Shown: positions 47,878 to 56,243 of the stretch, piece by piece | Position numbering within the stretch: the first letter of the stretch is position 1 | Layout: every line of letters begins with the position of its first letter | NCBI GenBank assembly: GCA_050250375.1 | Contig: JBFWOS010000001.1 | Coordinates: 544,351-608,350, forward strand | DNA length: 64,000 nucleotides | Direction: 5' to 3' | Source: Candidatus Omnitrophota bacterium | GTDB lineage: Bacteria > Omnitrophota > Gorgyraeia > Zapsychrales > Zapsychraceae | Notes under the pieces: model-generated | Told to the model about the DNA's origin: nothing | The model's input: the letters and a program-made list of their open reading frames with translations, nothing else | Databases searched by the model: none | Position numbers and translations under genes: made by a program

Positions 47878-48966
47878 TTAGCGTTCACTCAAAACCAAAT
47901 CGTCCACATGGATAACTTCATATTGACCCTTTTTTTCCTGGGCCTTGTTTAAATCAGTAATCGAATAATTGATGATTCCCCTGGCGATTTCGTGATTGTC
48001 CTTGTCTTTGACAACAACGACATCTTCTTTCTTAAAGTGCCCGGCCCAACTCAACACGCCTACTAACAATAAGCTTTTTCCTCCTTGAAGAATGGCCTTT
48101 TTGGCACCGTCGTCTATAATCAGTTCGCCTTTAGGTTTAGCACCGAAGGAAATCCAATGTTTACGGTCCAGCAACTTTTCTTCCTTCTCAATAAAAAAAG
48201 TGCCGATCCGTTCCCCATTTAGGATACGGGACAACACATCTTCCGTTTCACCACTTGCGATAATACAAGGTATTTTTGCGTGTGAGGCGATCTTAACCGC
48301 ATCCAGTTTGGCTGTCATTCCCCCCTTGGACATTTGTTTCTTCATCGTTCCACCGGCAATCCCTTCAATCTCACTAGTAATCTCTTTAATTTCGTCAAAC
48401 ACCTTTTTGTCTTCCCTATTTAAATCATAAAGCCCTTCTACGTCCGATAAAATCAACAACAAATCCGCCTGAACCAGACTCGCGACCAACGCTGAAAGTT
48501 TATCATTATCACCAAATTTAATTTCATCGGTAGAAATTGTATCGTTTTCATTAACGATCGGAACAATATTCCAATCCAACATAGCGCGAAATGTCGCCCG
48601 GGCATTTGTGTATCGCTCCCGGTTGTCAAAATCATCCCACGTTAATAGAACCTGCCCGCAGGTACCTTTATTTCTTTTGAAAATTTCTTTATATTTGTTC
48701 ATCAGGACAGTCTGCCCAACCGCCGAAATTGCCTGCAGGGACGCTAGATCGCTGGGTCGCATTTTCTTGCTTAACTCTCCCATTCCCAGCACTATTGCCC
48801 CCGAACTGACTAATACGACATCAACTCCATTCTTCTGGGCAAGACAGATCTGTTCGACAAGTGAACTTAATCGTGCCACCCGCGGTTTCATCTTGTACGT
48901 GGCAATCACACTTGAACCGACTTTAATGACGATTCGTTTTACTGGTCTTGGGAATTTTCGCAGCAT
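47878..48966 (-). CDS. proB: Glutamate 5-kinase with PUA domain
   Basis: IKVGSS, VSSGA, NENDT, FGDNDKL. Confidence 0.97.
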   Translation of the reverse strand: MLRKFPRPVKRIVIKVGSSVIATYKMKPRVARLSSLVEQICLAQKNGVDVVLVSSGAIVLGMGELSKKMRPSDLASLQAISAVGQTVLMNKYKEIFKRNKGTCGQVLLTWDDFDNRERYTNARATFRAMLDWNIVPIVNENDTISTDEIKFGDNDKLSALVASLVQADLLLILSDVEGLYDLNREDKKVFDEIKEITSEIEGIAGGTMKKQMSKGGMTAKLDAVKIASHAKIPCIIASGETEDVLSRILNGERIGTFFIEKEEKLLDRKHWISFGAKPKGELIIDDGAKKAILQGGKSLLLVGVLSWAGHFKKEDVVVVKDKDNHEIARGIINYSITDLNKAQEKKGQYEVIHVDDLVLSER

Positions 48967-49919
48967 AAAATATTCAGGATTTGATCAATTAGTCTTTTTA
49001 AACCTTTATTCTCAAGGGCTGAAACAGACAAAATTTCACAGGAATACTTTTTCTTAAATCGCTTAAGATTCTGCTCCGCTTCGGGAAGATCCATTTTATT
49101 GGCGACGATCAATTTTGTTTTAAAAGGCAAACGGCCGCCATATTCTCTGAGTTCATGTTCGATCTTCTCATAATCATCAAGCGGATCTCGCTGGTCTATT
49201 CCCGCCATATCAATCAAATGAATCAGGATCTTTGTCCGTTCAGCATGCCGTAAAAACCGGTCGCCTAAACCTTTTCCTTTGTGCGCGCCTTCAATGATGC
49301 CCGGCAGATCTGCGACAACAAAATCGAGCGTATCTGTCTGAACAATCCCTAATATAGGTTTTTTGGTGGTAAAAGGATAATTGGCTATTTTAGACTTAAC
49401 TTTGGATATATTAGAAATAAGAGTGGATTTGCCGGCATTGGGAAAACCGACGATACCGACATCGGCAATCAGCTTAAGTTCAAAACCAATGGTGCGTTCT
49501 TCCCCTAATTTTGGAGGAGTAGGAATCTTTTTCTTCGCGTTTCCGATCCCACCCATGCCGCCACGGGCAACAATGACAGACTGTTGGTCCTCTGTTAAAT
49601 CTTTTATTAATAGATCATTGTCTAAATCACGGACAATAGTCCCTATCGGCACTCTAAGGATGCTGTCCGCACCGGTCTTCCCGGTTTTACCTTTACTGCT
49701 GGCATTTCCGCCTTTCGCAGCCTGATAATGCTGTTTGTACTTAAAGTCGAGAAGGGTCTGAATGCTTTTATCCGCACGCAAAACGATATCGCCCCCTTTA
49801 CCGCCGTCACCTCCATCGGGCCGCGGATGCCGCATGTGTTTGTCTCGATAAAAGCTTTCACACCCGTTTCCGCCGTCCCCCCCTTTAACAAATATTCTTG
49901 CCTCATCAACAAATATCAT
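48939..49919 (-). CDS. obg: GTPase Obg/CgtA
   Basis: Gly-rich Obg fold, GFPNAGKST, YPFTT, DLPG, NKMD. Confidence 0.96.
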   Translation of the reverse strand: MIFVDEARIFVKGGDGGNGCESFYRDKHMRHPRPDGGDGGKGGDIVLRADKSIQTLLDFKYKQHYQAAKGGNASSKGKTGKTGADSILRVPIGTIVRDLDNDLLIKDLTEDQQSVIVARGGMGGIGNAKKKIPTPPKLGEERTIGFELKLIADVGIVGFPNAGKSTLISNISKVKSKIANYPFTTKKPILGIVQTDTLDFVVADLPGIIEGAHKGKGLGDRFLRHAERTKILIHLIDMAGIDQRDPLDDYEKIEHELREYGGRLPFKTKLIVANKMDLPEAEQNLKRFKKKYSCEILSVSALENKGLKRLIDQILNILCCENSQDQ

Positions 49920-49930
49920 GAATGCCCGAC

Positions 49931-50242
49931 TTAAGCCGAAATCTGGGTAATACTTAGAGAGGTCAGTTTCTGCCGATGACCAATCTTAGACGCTGAATTT
50001 TTTCGAATTCGATATTTAAACGCAACGACTTTGTCATCTGATAAATGCCTTAGAATTTTGGCTTTGACTTTTACGTCTTTCAAAAACGGTTGCCCGATTC
50101 TGACGTCGGAATCTTTTGCAAAAACCAACACCTTATCAAGAATCACTTCCTTGCCTTCACTCTCAGAAAATTTATCTGCGCTGATAACATCCCCTTCAGA
50201 AACTTTAAATTGTGCCGACCCTATTTGTACGACCGCAAACAT
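49931..50242 (-). CDS. rplU: 50S ribosomal protein L21
   Basis: MFAVV..G..QFKV.EGD, GHRQ. Confidence 0.96.
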   Translation of the reverse strand: MFAVVQIGSAQFKVSEGDVISADKFSESEGKEVILDKVLVFAKDSDVRIGQPFLKDVKVKAKILRHLSDDKVVAFKYRIRKNSASKIGHRQKLTSLSITQISA

Positions 50243-50284
50243 CTCTACCTCCTGTCAAATATAGTTAGTGCTAATAAAGTAAAA

Positions 50285-50314
50285 TACTCCCCAGTTTATC
50301 GTTACTGAGGAGCA
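50285..50314 (-). terminator. Hairpin with U-rich tail between rng and rplU (terminator or leader element)
   Basis: TGCTCCTCAGT-8 nt-ACTGGGGAGTA followed by TTTTACTTT. Confidence 0.5.
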
Positions 50315-50363
50315 TATAATTTAATTCAATTTGCAAATTATTGCAACAATAATCTTTAGACAC

Positions 50364-51734
50364 CTAAGACGCAAATTTTACACGGCCGCGGCCATCGCAA
50401 TATGGACACTTCTTAAATGAAATGGACTCTATTGTCTTCCCTGTCCTGGCCCTGGTCATTTCGACTAACCCTAACGGGGATATCTTATAAACCTCCGTTT
50501 TTGCGTGGTCATGCGCCAAGGCTTTCTGCAAGGCATCAATAAGCTTTCGCTTATGATCTTCCTTGACCATGTCTATAAAATCGATAACAATAATCCCTCC
50601 CAAATCCCTCAGGCGTAACTGCCTGGCGATTTCCGGGATTACTTCCATGTTGACCATAAATGCGGCTTCTCCTGGTGAGGCTTTAGTCTTAAACTTACCG
50701 CTGTTTACATCAACAACAATTAACCCTTCGGTCGGTTCAATAACAATATATGCTCCGGATTTGACATAGACATTCGTATCATATATTTTATTGAGTTCTT
50801 TTGATACATTCTTAGCGTCAAATAGAGGAACCGTTCCTTTATAGCATTGAATTTTATCGACCATTTCGCGTCCGATTAAGGTCTGGACGAACTTTCTTAT
50901 CCGTTGATAATGATCCTCATCATCAATAATCAGCTTATCCACATTTTCCGTTAGATAATCCCGCACAATCTTCCAGGTAAGCTCCCCTTCCTCATAAATG
51001 AGTGCGGGCGCTTTCCCCTCTTCAGATTTCTTGAAAATCTTCTGCCAAATACTATATAAAAACTTGGCATCACGAATGAGTTCACGTTTCCCCTGCTTTT
51101 TCGAAGCGGTCCGAATAATAAAACCACCTGATTTGGCAAAACCAAACCCCTTGATTACTTCACGTAGGCGTTGGCGTTCTTCACTTTCATCAATCTTCTT
51201 GGAGACACCGGTTTGATAATCAAATGGCATGTAGACCACAAAACGGCCGGGTAAGGTTATGTGGGTTGTTAGCCGGGCGCCCTTTTCACCAAAGGGTTCT
51301 TTGACAACCTGGACCAGGATCTCCTGACCAACCTTCAAGGGGAGTTCCTTTGATTTTTGATGAAATCTAGCCGCAGGCTTGATTGTTTTTACCGTCTGAA
51401 TGGACTTTTTCGGACGACGGAGGATTTTTTCAATCAAATTACGTGGTTCTAATTCTTGACCTTCATCAATACGCGGGCTGACAACATCCGTCAGATACAA
51501 AAAGCCGTTCCGCTCCTGACCAATGTTAACAAATGCTGCGTTTATCGATGGAAGTATTGACTCTACTTTACCTTTATAAATATTACCCAGGAGTGATTGA
51601 TACCGGTCGACTTCAATATGAAAGTCGTCGACATGGCCGTTCTCTATAATTGCAACTAGTCGCTCGCCCCTTTGTGTCTGAATAAGTATTTCTCGCGACA
51701 ACGTTTGACCTGAAACCCTTTCTTCATGAAACAC
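50364..51734 (-). CDS. rng: Ribonuclease E/G family endoribonuclease (RNase G size)
   Basis: GNIYKGKV, AAFVNIG, VDVNSG, RLRDLGGIIVIDFIDM, CPYC; start codon uncertain. Confidence 0.93.
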   Translation of the reverse strand: MFHEERVSGQTLSREILIQTQRGERLVAIIENGHVDDFHIEVDRYQSLLGNIYKGKVESILPSINAAFVNIGQERNGFLYLTDVVSPRIDEGQELEPRNLIEKILRRPKKSIQTVKTIKPAARFHQKSKELPLKVGQEILVQVVKEPFGEKGARLTTHITLPGRFVVYMPFDYQTGVSKKIDESEERQRLREVIKGFGFAKSGGFIIRTASKKQGKRELIRDAKFLYSIWQKIFKKSEEGKAPALIYEEGELTWKIVRDYLTENVDKLIIDDEDHYQRIRKFVQTLIGREMVDKIQCYKGTVPLFDAKNVSKELNKIYDTNVYVKSGAYIVIEPTEGLIVVDVNSGKFKTKASPGEAAFMVNMEVIPEIARQLRLRDLGGIIVIDFIDMVKEDHKRKLIDALQKALAHDHAKTEVYKISPLGLVEMTRARTGKTIESISFKKCPYCDGRGRVKFAS

Positions 51735-51812
51735 ACTTTCAATCGTTCCAAATGTGACTGAATGCAGTTCTTCCTCATGATATAAAATTGGTTGACCTCA
51801 CCCACCTGAAAA

Positions 51813-53171
51813 TTATTTTGAAGCTATATCAGGAGTAATAATATGAGGTGTAATAAATATGACTAAATCTGTTTTTGTGACACTGGACTCAGTTTTTGTA
51901 AATACCAACCCTAAAATTGGGACATCCCCTAGAATAGGCGTCTTTTTCTTTGTTTCAGTCGTCTGATCTGTAATAAGACCGGCGATGACCAACGTATCCC
52001 CGTCCTTGACCATTACCCGTGTTTTCGTTGATTCATTACTCAACCGCGGCAAGGTCGTGTTCTCAACGGTAACAAAATCAAGAATCGCCGTAATCTTTGG
52101 CAAGACATCCAATGTTATATATCCTGCATTATTCACATGCGGGGTAACATCAAATATGATACCAATATCTTTGTATTCCCAACCGGATACCTGAAGTCTA
52201 GCCTGCTCTTCATTATAAGTGTACGTAGGAATTGGATATTGGCTTCCCACCACAATTTGAGCGGCTTGATTGTCCAAGGTCACAATTCTCGGATTCTGTA
52301 ATATATCAGTATCGCTGCGAGATTTCAAGAGTTCAAATACAGCTTGAACTTGGCTGAAATTTAACGTCCCATATGTGAATTCTGTGTTAGCATTACCTTC
52401 CGTTGTGTCTGGGCCAGGATATGGATCGGTGGCAAATCGGCTTGCTGATCCATTGCTGTCAAACGGCCAGGTAATCGGTCTTTGTGAACCCGATGCCGTG
52501 GCTTGTGTTAACCAATCAACACCCAAATTCTCCGTATCTGTGAAGTTTGTCTCCACAATTTTCGCCTCTATCAACACCTGTGGTGTTGTCCGATCAAGCT
52601 CTTTAATGACTCCAGACATTAATTCAATCTGTTGCGGGGTATCTGTAATAATAATAGTATTAGTCCGTTCATCAAAATTGATACTTCCGCGGTCAGATTT
52701 CATTTTTTCAATGGATTCAATAATTTCAGAAGCTCTACCGAAGTTTAATATATGGGTTTTTGTTTCCAAAGGAATCTGCTCAGACAGGACCATCTGATCT
52801 TCCCTTCGCTGTTTTAGATTTTCGACAGTCGTAACAACAACAATATTCCCTTTTTGTTCGTATGCATACCCATACGTTTGAACAATTACATCCAACGCCT
52901 GTTTCCAGGGCACTTCGTTCAATTGGATCGTTACCACCCCCTGAACTTCCGGGCTGGCTACGATGTTGACCCCGCTTTTGAATGACAGGATCTTAAAAAC
53001 ATTGCGGATATCAGCATCACGAAAATCGAAGCTCACATTTCCGCTTTCTGACATGGAAACAGAATCTGCTGCAATATTCTGCGTCTTACCATCCACACTC
53101 TTGGTTTGTGCGTACCCAATAGTGGTCAGAAACAGGACGGCCGCCACGGTTAATGTTAATTTTCTGAACAT
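51813..53171 (-). CDS. pilQ: Type IV pilus secretin (short)
   Basis: Signal peptide, DFRDADIR, QVLIEAKIVE, PILGDVPILG, FITPHI; follows pilMNOP. Confidence 0.88.
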   Translation of the reverse strand: MFRKLTLTVAAVLFLTTIGYAQTKSVDGKTQNIAADSVSMSESGNVSFDFRDADIRNVFKILSFKSGVNIVASPEVQGVVTIQLNEVPWKQALDVIVQTYGYAYEQKGNIVVVTTVENLKQRREDQMVLSEQIPLETKTHILNFGRASEIIESIEKMKSDRGSINFDERTNTIIITDTPQQIELMSGVIKELDRTTPQVLIEAKIVETNFTDTENLGVDWLTQATASGSQRPITWPFDSNGSASRFATDPYPGPDTTEGNANTEFTYGTLNFSQVQAVFELLKSRSDTDILQNPRIVTLDNQAAQIVVGSQYPIPTYTYNEEQARLQVSGWEYKDIGIIFDVTPHVNNAGYITLDVLPKITAILDFVTVENTTLPRLSNESTKTRVMVKDGDTLVIAGLITDQTTETKKKTPILGDVPILGLVFTKTESSVTKTDLVIFITPHIITPDIASK

Positions 53172-53172
53172 T

Positions 53173-53547
53173 TTATTCCTCCTTTTTAAGCTTTAGCTTG
53201 AATACCTGCTGGTCTTTTTGTAATAATACCCAATCATCCGTAATTTCCGTTATGATAAATTGGCCTATTTTGTCATCTACTTTGACGATCTTTCCGTTTA
53301 TCATCGCAATATTCCCGGCCGCTCCGGACATAATTCCCTGCAATGACAAATCTGAAACCATTAAATCTGCTTCATAATTATTGATGGTTCCGCTTGAACT
53401 GATGAGTTTCCAGAATGGATCCCTCCGTCCGTTATCGTTATATTTATACTCTGCGGACTCTTCAGCCGCATCAGAGATAACACACGCGCCCAATATGCTT
53501 ACGATTAATACAGCCGCCAATTTGTGTTGAATCTTGATTCGATGCAT
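53173..53547 (-). CDS. pilP: PilP-like protein (possible lipoprotein)
   Basis: Possible LGAC lipobox, RRDPF motif, L.LQGI...AMING; lies between pilO and pilQ. Confidence 0.7.
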   Translation of the reverse strand: MHRIKIQHKLAAVLIVSILGACVISDAAEESAEYKYNDNGRRDPFWKLISSSGTINNYEADLMVSDLSLQGIMSGAAGNIAMINGKIVKVDDKIGQFIITEITDDWVLLQKDQQVFKLKLKKEE

Positions 53548-53548
53548 A

Positions 53549-54148
53549 TTAATTCGCCTTTTCATAAACAATGGCACCCAATGTTAATTTAATCGAATGT
53601 TCTTTCGTATTAGTGGATGATGCAATTGTCAACTTCGTCACTTTCAAAAAGATCTCTCCACGTTCAATAACGTCGATGAACCGTCCCAGATTGTGGTAAC
53701 CTGCCCTGGCCTCAATCTCAATCGGAAGCGCGTAATAAACCCTGTCATTATTCTCGAGTACGATTTCCGAATCAATAACGTTTGGCATAATTTGATTTAT
53801 CTTCACTCCATTGTCGTTTGCCAACCTGGATACATGCTCAAGAATTAATGGCACTTCTTCTCTAGGCTCAACCTTTTCGTTTTCCTTTTTAATAACGCCT
53901 TCAAGACGAGCAACCTCCTTCTGATATTGATCCAATTTCATTATTTCTCCCTTAGCTTTATCAATATCAACGGCTAATATCTTTAATTCAGGATTAATTT
54001 TCGTTAACGTGGCCAATTGCGGACGCATGAGAACAAAATAATCCAGAAGAAACACCAGCAACAACACTCCACCGAAAATATAATACAGCGTCTTGTCATC
54101 CAGTTTCTCAAATTTTTCGTTAAACTTTTCTTTTAAATCATTTTTCAT
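53549..54148 (-). CDS. pilO: Type IV pilus alignment protein PilO
   Basis: TM helix plus coiled coil, EVPLILE, GYHNLGRF. Confidence 0.85.
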   Translation of the reverse strand: MKNDLKEKFNEKFEKLDDKTLYYIFGGVLLLVFLLDYFVLMRPQLATLTKINPELKILAVDIDKAKGEIMKLDQYQKEVARLEGVIKKENEKVEPREEVPLILEHVSRLANDNGVKINQIMPNVIDSEIVLENNDRVYYALPIEIEARAGYHNLGRFIDVIERGEIFLKVTKLTIASSTNTKEHSIKLTLGAIVYEKAN

Positions 54149-54743
54149 TTTTAATCTTACCCTTGATCTTTGTCGTAATAAGAAAATCCGCCACATCCAT
54201 TTTATTCTCTGTCCGACGCTGGATAGAACCCAACTCCAATTCCGTCAGGTGCTCAAGAAATTGGGGTTGTTTCTTTAAATTAGATGTAAGTTTATGAACA
54301 TTGATCAGTTCGTCTTGATGATTGGAAATGGCGCTGCCTTCGATAAACAACATTTCTTCTGTCAAAGCAATTTTAGTCAACCACACCCCTCTAGGCAAAT
54401 CATCACTAATAATATTAAGCTTCGGGGCCCAGAGAATGACTTTTCCGCCTGTAACTTCGGTGAGGGCTTTGCTTTTACTATTTATTGCACGCATATCGTT
54501 AACGATTTTATCCACTTGTTGTTTCTTGGGTAAAATTAACGCCCATTCCTGTTTCAATTCTTTATGTTTATTTAATTTCGAAATATTTGTCACCAGTAAT
54601 ACAATATGAACAATAATCAACAACGCAAACAACCCTCCGCACGAACCGATTACGACTTCAATGGGCATATCTATTCCACCGGGAAGAAATTTCTTCTTCT
54701 TTCTTCTCCTCAATTCAGGTGAGATTAAGTTAATTTCGATCAT
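54138..54743 (-). CDS. pilN: Type IV pilus alignment protein PilN
   Basis: N-terminal INLI motif, TM helix, LPRGVWLT, IEGSA. Confidence 0.87.
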   Translation of the reverse strand: MIEINLISPELRRRKKKKFLPGGIDMPIEVVIGSCGGLFALLIIVHIVLLVTNISKLNKHKELKQEWALILPKKQQVDKIVNDMRAINSKSKALTEVTGGKVILWAPKLNIISDDLPRGVWLTKIALTEEMLFIEGSAISNHQDELINVHKLTSNLKKQPQFLEHLTELELGSIQRRTENKMDVADFLITTKIKGKIKNEK

Positions 54744-55782
54744 ATTGATAAAGTGCCAAACCTAAGGCGACACCAAGCCTGTTGGATTTCTTATTCAGCT
54801 CTTCTTTTGAAACTTTTTCCGAAACTACCACCATTTCAAACGGATTCCAGCGTTTGATTTCTATGTCCAGCTGTTTGGCAATGCTGTCTTCCAAACCGAT
54901 CATCATGGCTGCCCCGCCGGTCAAAATCAATTCGGATATTTCGTTACTATTCTCTGTCGAGAAATAATCCAACGACAACCTCAGCTCTTGAATCAAATTT
55001 GAAATAGCCGATTCGCACGCGTTCTGAATTTCCTTGAGGCGTTCCCCCGGATTACATTTAAGTTGTTCGGCTTCCTCATAGTCAACCGCCAATGCGTTGG
55101 CTATCCTTTTAGTCAAATCACGTCCTCCGACATAAATGTCTCGATTAAATTGTGGAGTTTGCCCGACCATCACTGTAAGGTTGCTGACAGAGTCTCCCAT
55201 ATCCAATATGGCAACAACTTTACCGTCCGACGATGAATCCAAGACGCTCCTGGCATTGGCTATAGCGATCGGATTTATTCCAATAAAATCCGTTTCAAAA
55301 CCCAGTCCGGTGATCATTTTCAAACGCATCTCAACCAATTCTTTTTTTGCGGCCGCTGCCATAACTTTCATCTGCTTTGACTTGCCCAGGGGATCCAAGA
55401 TATAACAATCCGTATAAATCTGATCTTGTGTAAAAGGAAAATATTTGTCCGCTTCAATCGAGAATGAATTTCTTAAATCATCAAGAGACATGCGCGGCAT
55501 ATCTATAAAACGGATCAAGGTTCCCTTACCGTACACGGAGGTATAAATATTCTCAACCGGCATGCTCACCTGATTTAAAATTGTCTTCACAGTGGTTGTG
55601 TAATCCCCACCAACAATGGGTTGAACCGCCCAATTAAGGATTTTATAAGAATCCCCTTCTCGGTAAACTTCAACCATTTTGCAGGAATTAATTCCTATAT
55701 CTAATCCGACTGAGGAACCCTCTTTTTTCTTAGGAATAAAACGTTTGATAAATTTGAAATAATTTTGTAATAATTTGTTCAT
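54730..55782 (-). CDS. pilM: Type IV pilus assembly protein PilM
   Basis: VGLDIG, LDMGD, LTGGAA, ALGLAL actin-like motifs. Confidence 0.92.
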   Translation of the reverse strand: MNKLLQNYFKFIKRFIPKKKEGSSVGLDIGINSCKMVEVYREGDSYKILNWAVQPIVGGDYTTTVKTILNQVSMPVENIYTSVYGKGTLIRFIDMPRMSLDDLRNSFSIEADKYFPFTQDQIYTDCYILDPLGKSKQMKVMAAAAKKELVEMRLKMITGLGFETDFIGINPIAIANARSVLDSSSDGKVVAILDMGDSVSNLTVMVGQTPQFNRDIYVGGRDLTKRIANALAVDYEEAEQLKCNPGERLKEIQNACESAISNLIQELRLSLDYFSTENSNEISELILTGGAAMMIGLEDSIAKQLDIEIKRWNPFEMVVVSEKVSKEELNKKSNRLGVALGLALYQYDRN

Positions 55783-55919
55783 AGGTATAGCCAGCTTTAT
55801 CGGATTTTTTCACAAACTCATTCAGCCGTAGATGCGAAAATCAAATAGGTGAAATACAGAGGAGTTTAAGTAAGTCTAAGCATTGCAATAAATTATAATT
55901 ATTCAACTTAACATATATA

Positions 55920-56243
55920 CTATTGTACTAAATTAACATCATCAAGAGGAATTTCATAAATTATTTTTTGCCGTTTTTTCTTGGGCGTTGCGCTCAATTC
56001 ATTATCCGGTTCGGACATCAATTCGCTGGTATCCAAGAAAGTTGACTGGTCATTGGTTTGGGAACTGGTACGTAGCGCGTTATTCAAACGCATTTTCTGG
56101 GTTGTAGGATTGGCTGGCGTAGTGATCTTCTTTGTCTCTTCAATCTCGTATGATACCCAACTATTGGCCATGAATATTGCACATAATATGACGACTACAA
56201 CGATCAAAAGAGTATTTGACATATTGTTAGTTCTTGCGGCCAT
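55920..56243 (-). CDS. Small single-pass membrane protein of unknown function
   Basis: 1-nt overlap with the upstream pilin gene, AGGAG SD, N-terminal TM helix. Confidence 0.65.
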   Translation of the reverse strand: MAARTNNMSNTLLIVVVVILCAIFMANSWVSYEIEETKKITTPANPTTQKMRLNNALRTSSQTNDQSTFLDTSELMSEPDNELSATPKKKRQKIIYEIPLDDVNLVQ

